In this document: positions 37,110-43,850 of the stretch, in pieces
How the letters are laid out: each line of letters starts with the position of its first letter
How positions within the stretch are numbered: the stretch's first letter is position 1
Source of the DNA: Burkholderiales bacterium
Lineage (GTDB): Bacteria; Pseudomonadota; Gammaproteobacteria; Burkholderiales; JABEVD01
Length of the DNA: 43,850 nt
NCBI GenBank assembly: GCA_013044025.1
Contig: JABEVD010000225.1
Coordinates: forward strand, 1 to 43,850
Direction: 5' to 3'
Program-made: the position numbers and the translations under genes
The notes under the pieces: generated by a model
Database searches by the model: none
What the model was told of the DNA's origin: nothing
Seen by the model: only the letters and a program-made list of their open reading frames with translations

Positions 37110-38531
37110 TCAATTCTCCCTGTCGGCCAGCATTTTCTTCACCCAGGGAAGAAAAAGATAGGCCGGAAACATCATGAAAAGGGTGAGCAGGAAATAGGAG
37201 GCATAGCCCATGGACTCGGCGCCGAATCCCCCCGCCCAGCCTGCAAAAGACCTCGACAATGCGAACACCGAGGAAAACAGCGCATATTCAGCGGCGCTCC
37301 TCTTCCTGTCGACGATCGCCATCAGAAAGGCCAGGAATGCCGCCGTACCCAGCCCTGCGTTGAAGGATTCGATCGCGCTCGCGCCATACATCAACAGACG
37401 GTGCGAAAGCTCGAGGGGACCCGCACCGTGCGGGATGACCCAGGCCGCGATCACGTAGCCGAGATTGGCGAATCCCTGGAAAAGCCCGAGAATCCAGAGC
37501 GCGCGGTAGATTCCCAGCCTGTCGGTCGCCCATCCTCCGGCAAGCCCGCCCGCGATCGAAAGGCCGAGACCGATGTTGACCGAAACCAGCCCGATTTCCG
37601 CACCGGAAAAGCCCGAATCCACCCAGAAAGGCTTGATCATGAATCCCATGGCCGAATCGGGGAGCTTGTAGAGCAGGATGAAGGCGAGCACCGGGTAGAT
37701 TCGCGGGCGATTCAGGATGGAAAGCAGCGCCCCGAACATCGGCCCTTCTCCGGCATCCTGCATCTTCTCCTGTTTCAGGAACATCGAGGAAAAAAACAGC
37801 ACAAGGGCGATGAAAAATGCGTACAGCCAGAAACCCTGCACTTCCCTGGAGAAATGGATCGTCCTGTCCGCGAGCCACACCGTTCCGAGCAGGAACAGCA
37901 AGATGGTGGCGAAGAATTTCGGCCTTCCCAGCATCGAGCGCAATTCCATGAAAAGGGAAACCTCCGTCCGGGCGATTTTCGGCTTTTCTTTCGGCGCGAT
38001 GAGGGAAAAAACCGCTCCGCAGAAGAAGATCAGCGCAGCGAGCAGGAAAGCGCCTTTCCAGGAAAGGGCATCGCTCAGGATCAGGATCGTGCCCGCAGCC
38101 AGCATGCCGACCCGGTAGAATCCGATCCTGAGTCCGTTGGCGAGCCCCATCTCCCCCTTTTCCAGAAGCTCGATCGTGTAGGCGTCGATCGCGATGTCGT
38201 TGGTGGCTGAAAACAGGGTGAGCGCGCCGATCCCCATCCACACCCAGGGACCGAAGCCGGAATGGACCGCGAAGGAAATCATCGCGCCCCCCATCAGCAA
38301 ATCCATCAGCATCATCCAGATCCGGTGATGGCGAAAACGGTCGATCGCGGGAGCCCAGAGAAACTTCAGCGTCCAGGAAAGTCCGAGCAGGCTGATGAGA
38401 CCGATGCTTTTCAGATCGATTCCCTGCTGCCTGAAATAGACCGGAAAAATGTCGTAGAAAACGCCGAGCGGAAAACCGGAAGTGAAATACAGCAGCGAAA
38501 CCCAGAAAAACCGGGAACGGCGGCCCGCCAA
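37110..38531 (-). CDS. ampG: MFS transporter, AmpG family (muropeptide permease type)
   Basis: FFWVSLLYFTSGFPLGVF...IDLKSIGLISLLGLSWTLKFLWAPAIDRF parallels E. coli AmpG (LGFSSGLPL...IDLKTIGFFSLVGQAYVFKFLWSPLMDRY). TTG start, 1 nt after the metW stop. Confidence 0.85.
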   Translation of the reverse strand: MAGRRSRFFWVSLLYFTSGFPLGVFYDIFPVYFRQQGIDLKSIGLISLLGLSWTLKFLWAPAIDRFRHHRIWMMLMDLLMGGAMISFAVHSGFGPWVWMGIGALTLFSATNDIAIDAYTIELLEKGEMGLANGLRIGFYRVGMLAAGTILILSDALSWKGAFLLAALIFFCGAVFSLIAPKEKPKIARTEVSLFMELRSMLGRPKFFATILLFLLGTVWLADRTIHFSREVQGFWLYAFFIALVLFFSSMFLKQEKMQDAGEGPMFGALLSILNRPRIYPVLAFILLYKLPDSAMGFMIKPFWVDSGFSGAEIGLVSVNIGLGLSIAGGLAGGWATDRLGIYRALWILGLFQGFANLGYVIAAWVIPHGAGPLELSHRLLMYGASAIESFNAGLGTAAFLAFLMAIVDRKRSAAEYALFSSVFALSRSFAGWAGGFGAESMGYASYFLLTLFMMFPAYLFLPWVKKMLADREN

Positions 38532-38532
38532 A

Positions 38533-39144
38533 TCAACCGCTCCTGGTGAAACGGAATACGGCGAGCGTACCGAACAGGTTGGGCAGGAAGGAAACGATGG
38601 AACCGTTCTGCATCACCACCCGGTCGAGTATGTTCACGCCGTGCATCGAGCAGAAATTCTCGAAATCCCTGGTGGTGCAAAGCCGGATGTTGGGAGATTC
38701 GTACCATTCGTAGGGCAGGTTGACCGATACCGGCATGTGCCCTTTCAGGATCTGCAGACGGTTCTGCCAGTAGCCGAAATTCGGGAAAGTGACGATCCCT
38801 TCCCTTCCTACCCGGATCATTTCGCCGATGATGCTCTCGGTGTTTTTCATCGCCTGAAGGGTTTGCGAGAGGATCACGTAATCGAAGGATTTGGATTCGA
38901 AACCGGAAAGGCCCGATTCCAGGTCGCTCTGGATCACGTTCACCGAATTCCTGATGCAGGCGAGGATGTTGGCGTCGTCGATTTCCACGCCATATCCCCT
39001 CGCCGAACGGGTTTCGGCAAGATAGCGCAACAGGGATCCGTCTCCGCATCCGAGATCGAGCACCTTGCTCCCTGGCGCGATCCACTGCGCGATCGTTTTG
39101 TAGTCGAAACGAACCTTGCCATGCATGAAGCTGGGTTCGATCAT
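38533..39144 (-). CDS. metW: Methionine biosynthesis protein MetW
   Basis: 203 aa, [15 protein letters not shown]...[13 protein letters not shown]...[17 protein letters not shown]. Its start overlaps the metX stop (ATGA). The 508-aa ORF-track entry is an out-of-frame extension. Confidence 0.9.
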   Translation of the reverse strand: MIEPSFMHGKVRFDYKTIAQWIAPGSKVLDLGCGDGSLLRYLAETRSARGYGVEIDDANILACIRNSVNVIQSDLESGLSGFESKSFDYVILSQTLQAMKNTESIIGEMIRVGREGIVTFPNFGYWQNRLQILKGHMPVSVNLPYEWYESPNIRLCTTRDFENFCSMHGVNILDRVVMQNGSIVSFLPNLFGTLAVFRFTRSG

Positions 39145-40286
39145 GCGCCGACTCCCCTTGCAACCTTTTCCATGTAGGCCCGCATCACGCCATGATAATG
39201 ATCGTCCACCATCAGGAAGGAATCGTGCCCGTAGCTCGAGGTGATTTCCGTATAGGTGACATTGAGTTCGTTGTCGAGCAGCGCCTTCACGATCTCGCGC
39301 GAGCGGGCAGGAGAGAAGCGCCAGTCGGAAGTGAAGGAAACCACCAGGAAATCGCTTTTGGCCGAATTGAAGGCGCGCGCGAGGTCTCCTCCGTGCGCAT
39401 GGGCTGGATCGAAATAATCCAGCGCCTTGGTCATCAGCAGATAGGTGTTGGCATCGAACTGGGATGCGAACTTGTCCCCCTGATAGCGAAGGTAGGACTC
39501 GATCTCGAATTCGACGTCGTATCCGTAATTGTAGGTTCCCTTCTTGAGTCCCCTGCCGAATTTCTTCGCCATCGAATCGTCTGAAAGATAGGTGATGTGA
39601 CCGAGCATCCTGGCAAGACGCAGGCCGCGCTTCGGAATCACGCCGTGCGCATAGAAATTGCCGCCGTGAAAATCGGGATCGGTCAGGATCGCCTGCCTCG
39701 CCACATCGTTGAAGGCGATGTTCTGCACGGTGAGATTCGGAGTGCTCGCGATGGCGAGCACATGCTTCACCCTGGAAGGATGCGTGATGCCCCACTGCAT
39801 CGCCTGCATGCCGCCGAGGCTTCCCCCGATCACTGCGGCGAACTCGTCGATGCCGAGCAGATCCGCGAGACGCGCCTGGGATTCCACCCAGTCGTCCACG
39901 GTCACCACCGGAAAACCGGATCCGTAAGGCTGCCCGGTCGCGGGATCGAGAGTCGAAGGTCCGGTCGAACCATGGCAGCCGCCCAGATTGTTGACCCCGA
40001 TCACGAAGAAGCGGTTGGTGTCGATGGGCTTTCCAGGGCCGATCATGTTGTTCCACCATCCTGCCTATTTGGGATTGTCGGAATGATAACCCGCGACATG
40101 ATGATTGCCGGACAGGGCATGGCAGATCAGCACTGCGTTGGACCTTGCGGCATTGAGCTCGCCGTAGGTTTCAAAGACCAGCTCGTAATGCTCCAGCACC
40201 ACGCCGCTTTTCAGGATGATGGGCCGTTCGAAGCGGGCGCGCTGCGGTTCTACGATGCCTATGGAATTTGGATCGTGCATGTTCAT
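39141..40286 (-). pseudogene. metX: Homoserine O-acyltransferase MetX interrupted by one in-frame TAG (40065-40067)
   Basis: ORFs 40065..40286 (…[20 protein letters not shown]) and 39141..40046 ([31 protein letters not shown]…GGSLGGMQA…) are in the same frame. They join as [20 protein letters not shown]. Confidence 0.8.
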
Positions 40287-41995
40287 GCGTTTAGGCGGTT
40301 GAGCAATGCCCGGATTTTATCCGGTTCGTCCGTTTTCAGCATCTTCTGGGTGAGCGAGGTGATTTCCATGATGCTCGATTTTAGCACCTGCTGCTTCACC
40401 GGGAGCAGATTGGACGGATGCATGGAAAATTCCCTGAGGCCGAAACCCAGCAGCATGCGGGTGAGTTCCACGTCGCCTGCCATTTCGCCGCAGACCGCAA
40501 CCGGAATCCCCGCCTGATTGGCGCTGCGAATCACATGGGAGACGAGATGCAGCACGGCCGGATGCAGCGGGTCGTACAGGTGCGAGACGCTGTCGTCGGT
40601 GCGGTCGATGGCAAGCGTGTACTGGATGAGGTCGTTGGTGCCGATGGAAAGAAAATCGAGCTTCTGCATGAGGGACGGCAACGCAAGCGCTGCGGCCGGC
40701 ACCTCGATCATGCCGCCGACCTCGATTCCCCTGTCGTAGGGAACGTCCTCCGCATCCAGACTGGCTTTCGCCTGCGCGATGAGGGCAAGCGTCTGGTTGA
40801 GTTCGGAAGCGCTGGAAAGCATCGGGATCAGGATGCGCAACCTGCCATAGTGGGAAGCGCGCAGGATGGCGCGAAGCTGGGTCCTGAACATCTGCGGCTC
40901 GGCAAGACAGAGCCGGATCGCCCTGAGGCCCAGGGCAGGATTCGCGCTCAAGCGGGTGGTTCCGGCAAGATGCTTGTCCGCCCCCAGATCGAGCGTGCGG
41001 ATGGTGACAGGAAGACCCTTCATGTCGAGGACCACCTGGCGATAGAACTCGAACTGCTCGTCCTCGGAAGGAAGGGTATTCCGGTTGAGGAAGAGGAATT
41101 CGCTCCTGAAAAGCCCGATTCCGCCCGCGCCGCTGTCCCTCACCTGCTTGATGTCCTGCGGCAACTCGATGTTGGCATGCAGATGGATGGTCGTGCCGTC
41201 CAGGGTGGTGGAACGGGTGGAGCGTATCCTCTTGAGCTTCTGTTTCTCGAGTTCCCACTGATCCTGAAGCAGCTTGTATTCGGCCAGCACGGCGCGGTCC
41301 GGATCGACGATCACCGCACCGCGCGATCCGTCGATGATGAGCAGATCGTTGTCCCGGATCAGCCTTCTTGCATTGTGCAAACCCACGATGCAGGGCATGT
41401 TGAGGCTTCTCGCCACGATCGCGGTGTGCGAAGTGGTGCCGCCCAGATCGGTGACGAATGCGGCATACTGCGACTCCTTGAGCAGAATCACGTCCGCCGG
41501 GCTCAAGTCGTGTGCGACCAGGATGCGTCCCTGTTCCCGGTTCTGCGCTGACTTCTGCCCCATCAGCACCTTGAAGATCCTCTCCACCACCTGGACCACG
41601 TCCGCCTTGCGCTCCCTCAGATAGGCGTCCTCGATCCTTTCGAACTGGGAAAGCAGCGCGGTGAGCTGCTGCTTCAACGCCCATTCCGCATTGCAATGCT
41701 GGGATTCGATGATCTGGCAGGGCACTTCGGAAAGATTGGAATCGGCCAGGATCATGAGGTGGAGATTGAGGAAAGCGCCGAATTCGGCTGGCGAGTCGGC
41801 GGGAAGGGAAGCGGCGAGCGCTTCCAGTTCCTCGCGAGTAGCGGAAACCGCAGCCTTGTAGCGTGCGATTTCGGCGGCGATTTCCTTGTGGGGAATCGTG
41901 TAATGGGAAACTTCCAGGCTGGCGGCCGAGGCGAGCTGGGCCCGGCCGATCGCGATTCCGCCGGATACGCCCGTTCCCTGGAGTATGAAGCTCAT
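40283..41995 (-). CDS. ptsI: Phosphoenolpyruvate-protein phosphotransferase (PTS enzyme I)
   Basis: 570 aa, SGGIAIGRA..., phospho-His region [14 protein letters not shown], and a PEP-binding domain ([23 protein letters not shown]). Its start overlaps the HPr stop (ATGA). Confidence 0.93.
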   Translation of the reverse strand: MSFILQGTGVSGGIAIGRAQLASAASLEVSHYTIPHKEIAAEIARYKAAVSATREELEALAASLPADSPAEFGAFLNLHLMILADSNLSEVPCQIIESQHCNAEWALKQQLTALLSQFERIEDAYLRERKADVVQVVERIFKVLMGQKSAQNREQGRILVAHDLSPADVILLKESQYAAFVTDLGGTTSHTAIVARSLNMPCIVGLHNARRLIRDNDLLIIDGSRGAVIVDPDRAVLAEYKLLQDQWELEKQKLKRIRSTRSTTLDGTTIHLHANIELPQDIKQVRDSGAGGIGLFRSEFLFLNRNTLPSEDEQFEFYRQVVLDMKGLPVTIRTLDLGADKHLAGTTRLSANPALGLRAIRLCLAEPQMFRTQLRAILRASHYGRLRILIPMLSSASELNQTLALIAQAKASLDAEDVPYDRGIEVGGMIEVPAAALALPSLMQKLDFLSIGTNDLIQYTLAIDRTDDSVSHLYDPLHPAVLHLVSHVIRSANQAGIPVAVCGEMAGDVELTRMLLGFGLREFSMHPSNLLPVKQQVLKSSIMEITSLTQKMLKTDEPDKIRALLNRLNA

Positions 41996-42261
41996 TCGCC
42001 TTCCCCGAAATAATCCGCGATGAGAGAGACGAGCGACTCCATGGCGAGCGCCTCGTCCGGCCCGCTGGTTTCGATGACGATTTTCGATCCCTTGTTCGCG
42101 GCCAGCATCATGACCCCCATGATGCTCTTCGCATTGACGCGCCTGGAATTCCTGGAGAGCCATACTTCGCTCTCGAATCTGCCCGCCAGTTGGGTCAGCT
42201 TGGCGGATGCACGCGCGTGCAGCCCCAGCTTGTTTATGATTTCAACTTCCAGTTGCTGCAT
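41992..42261 (-). CDS. ptsH: HPr-family phosphocarrier protein
   Basis: 89 aa, with His15 in GLHARAS and Ser46 in NAKSIMGVM both present. Confidence 0.9.
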   Translation of the reverse strand: MQQLEVEIINKLGLHARASAKLTQLAGRFESEVWLSRNSRRVNAKSIMGVMMLAANKGSKIVIETSGPDEALAMESLVSLIADYFGEGE

Positions 42262-42661
42262 TCCTGTATTCCTGGGTGAATGGGAGAATTCCTTCCGTTC
42301 CGCCGCTCAGGGCTTTCGCGACGACCTTCTCCAGGGACTCGGTCGAGTAGGTGAGCGCCCTCACCAGCATGGGCAGGTTGACGCCTGCGACCCCTTCCAC
42401 CCTGCCCGGAACGACCAGCTTGGTCGCGATGTTGCAGGGGGTTGCGCCGTAAATGTCGGATAGCAGCAGCACGCCGCTTCCGTCATCGAGTTCCTTCACG
42501 AAGCGGATCGCCCTCGGCAGGACGGCCTGCGGGTCATCCTTCACGGATACGCCGATCTGCATCAGGTTCTGCGGCCTCCTGCCGATGACGTGACTCGCGC
42601 AGTGGATCAGGCTTTCCCCAAGCGTGCCATGCGCTATGATCAGAATTCCTACCATCCCCAT
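42242..42661 (-). CDS. PTS EIIA component, mannose/fructose family (regulatory type)
   Basis: VGILIIAHGTLGESL (phospho-His context), LLLSDIYGATPCN, and an EIIA(Man) fold of about 135 aa. No EIIB/C/D genes are nearby. Confidence 0.85.
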   Translation of the reverse strand: MGMVGILIIAHGTLGESLIHCASHVIGRRPQNLMQIGVSVKDDPQAVLPRAIRFVKELDDGSGVLLLSDIYGATPCNIATKLVVPGRVEGVAGVNLPMLVRALTYSTESLEKVVAKALSGGTEGILPFTQEYRNAATGS

Positions 42662-42723
42662 CCTTTCAGAAAACCCGTCACGAACCTGTCATTTTATCCC
42701 AAGAAGTATCGGCTTGATACGGT

Positions 42724-43740
42724 TCATTGCACCACTGCGGAGAAGCCCTTTTCGAAGCGAATCCGCCCCGACATTCCCCTGGTGACATGGATTTTTCCGC
42801 GATCGTCGACGAGCAGTGCGTCATCGAGTCCGATTTTCCTTGCAGCCTCCCTCCAGCCGGATGTGCCCGCCACGAAAAGAGGCTTGGAATCCGCATCCGA
42901 AAGGAGGCCTGCATTTTCCCCTTTCGGGATCAGCACGGTGACTGCCCGCACGCCTTGCACCGGATATCCCGTTCCGGGATCGATGATGTGGCAATAGCGC
43001 TTTCCGTTCAACATGAAGTAGCGCTGATAATCGCCGGATGTGCCGACCGCCTCCCCGTCGTGGAGATCGATTTCCCCGATCGCGCCGCTTCCTCTCGGAT
43101 CCTTCACGCCGACCTTCCATGGGCGATCGCCGTGGGATCCGAGCGCGAGTACATTGCCTCCGATGTTGACGAGCGCATCCTTCACGCCGGCGTCCTTGAG
43201 GATTTTTGCCGCGACGTCCAGCGCATAGCCTTTGGCGATCCCGCCGAAATCGAGCTTCACCGCTGGATTTCGACTCCAGGCCACCCCGTTTTCCAGCAGG
43301 ATGTCGTCCATCTTCGGGTTTTCAGCGACGAGTTTTGCGATTCTTGCAGGATCCGGCTTCACCGGCTTGAATTCGTCGTTCTGAAATCCCCAGAGCGCGA
43401 TCAGGTTGCCGATCGCAGGATCGAAAAGCCCGGCCGAGCGATCTGAAATCTTCCTCGATTCCATGATGAGAAAGGAAAGTTCCGGATCGACCTTCATCCT
43501 CCTGCCTGCAGCGAAAGCATCGTTGAGGCTGGTCACTTCGCTCGGCTGCCAGGCATGCAGCTTCCTGTGAAGTTCGCCGAAACGCTTCATCACGCTGTCG
43601 ATCGCCTCCTCGGCTTTCGCCTGATCGCGACCGTAGACGCTCACTTCGACGATGGTGCCGAAAATGTAACGCTGCTGCTGGAAAACCTGACCGTTCGAGC
43701 ATCCCGCGAGCAGCAGCAGGAAGAGATAGAAAAACTTCAT
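42724..43740 (-). CDS. apbE: FAD:protein FMN transferase ApbE (lipoprotein)
   Basis: Lipobox [52 protein letters not shown]. Its start overlaps the gshB stop (ATGA). Confidence 0.9.
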   Translation of the reverse strand: MKFFYLFLLLLAGCSNGQVFQQQRYIFGTIVEVSVYGRDQAKAEEAIDSVMKRFGELHRKLHAWQPSEVTSLNDAFAAGRRMKVDPELSFLIMESRKISDRSAGLFDPAIGNLIALWGFQNDEFKPVKPDPARIAKLVAENPKMDDILLENGVAWSRNPAVKLDFGGIAKGYALDVAAKILKDAGVKDALVNIGGNVLALGSHGDRPWKVGVKDPRGSGAIGEIDLHDGEAVGTSGDYQRYFMLNGKRYCHIIDPGTGYPVQGVRAVTVLIPKGENAGLLSDADSKPLFVAGTSGWREAARKIGLDDALLVDDRGKIHVTRGMSGRIRFEKGFSAVVQ

Positions 43741-43850
43741 TCGAGCAGATCGATCATCATCTTCGCAACATCGAATCCCTTCTGGTCGCAGATTTCCTGC
43801 ATGCAGGTCGGGCTCGTGACATTGATTTCGGTGAGATGGTTTCCGATCAC
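43737..43850 (-). CDS. gshB: Glutathione synthetase, C-terminal 37 codons (partial, runs off the window)
   Basis: Hand translation gives [37 protein letters not shown]. This matches the GshB ATP-grasp C-terminus (E. coli ...[16 protein letters not shown]...). Confidence 0.7.
   Translation of the reverse strand: MIGNHLTEINVTSPTCMQEICDQKGFDVAKMMIDLLE

Noticed and set aside
38533-40059. 508-aa minus-strand ORF.
   Set aside because: Only the last 203 aa (from ATG 39144) are MetW. The upstream 305 aa are an out-of-frame read through metX with Arg/Gly/Ser-rich composition.
40317-41696. 459-aa minus-strand ORF and 377-aa plus-strand ORF (40418..41551) within ptsI.
   Set aside because: They are alternative or antisense frames of ptsI. 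They are Arg/Gly/His-rich, and the EI frame carries all the conserved motifs.

Overview
The window is gene-dense: about 50 CDS, with many ATGA/TGATG start-stop overlaps and very little non-coding DNA. It is moderately GC-rich and looks like core chromosome of a betaproteobacterium. That taxon call is an inference from gene content and order (gshB, an incomplete PTS, metXW-ampG, and orn/M48/pcd/rsgA).

Recognisable blocks:
- Macromolecular-synthesis operon rpsU-yqeY-dnaG-rpoD, next to rpmB-rpmG.
- coaBC, a PBP7-like endopeptidase, and orn.
- M48 protease, pcd and rsgA.
- An AmpE-like three-gene unit, then maeB and a YcgR-like PilZ protein.
- dut and a NUDIX hydrolase, then an Orn/Lys/Arg decarboxylase.
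- MarR plus a NodT-MFP-RND efflux operon.
- An orphan motB coupled to a DUF488 gene.
- A minus-strand string: small ORF, Nit hydrolase, DsrC/TusE-like protein, TPR-methyltransferase, DUF2892.
- Oxidative pentose-phosphate genes zwf-gnd, divergent from pgl.
- dgkA, a GT4 glycosyltransferase and a PAP2 phosphatase.
- Two small paralogous zinc-ribbon ORFs.
- A long minus-strand string: EIIA(Man)-HPr-EI, metX-metW, ampG, a spermidine-synthase-like gene and a Zn-phospholipase-C-like gene.
- apbE and the 3' end of gshB.

I found no rRNA, tRNA, CRISPR array, IS element, integrase or obvious defence island.

Nothing here is an unmistakable novel system. The best leads are:
- an in-frame amber codon inside metX;
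- the DsrC/TusE-like, TPR-SAM-methyltransferase, DUF2892 operon;
- the tandem paralogous CxxC...CxxC mini-proteins;
- the split MFS(AmpG)/spermidine-synthase-like pair followed by a secreted Zn-PLC-like enzyme;
- an orphan motB;
- a dgkA-GT4-PAP2 lipid module.

All family assignments come from motifs read by eye. No database search was possible.
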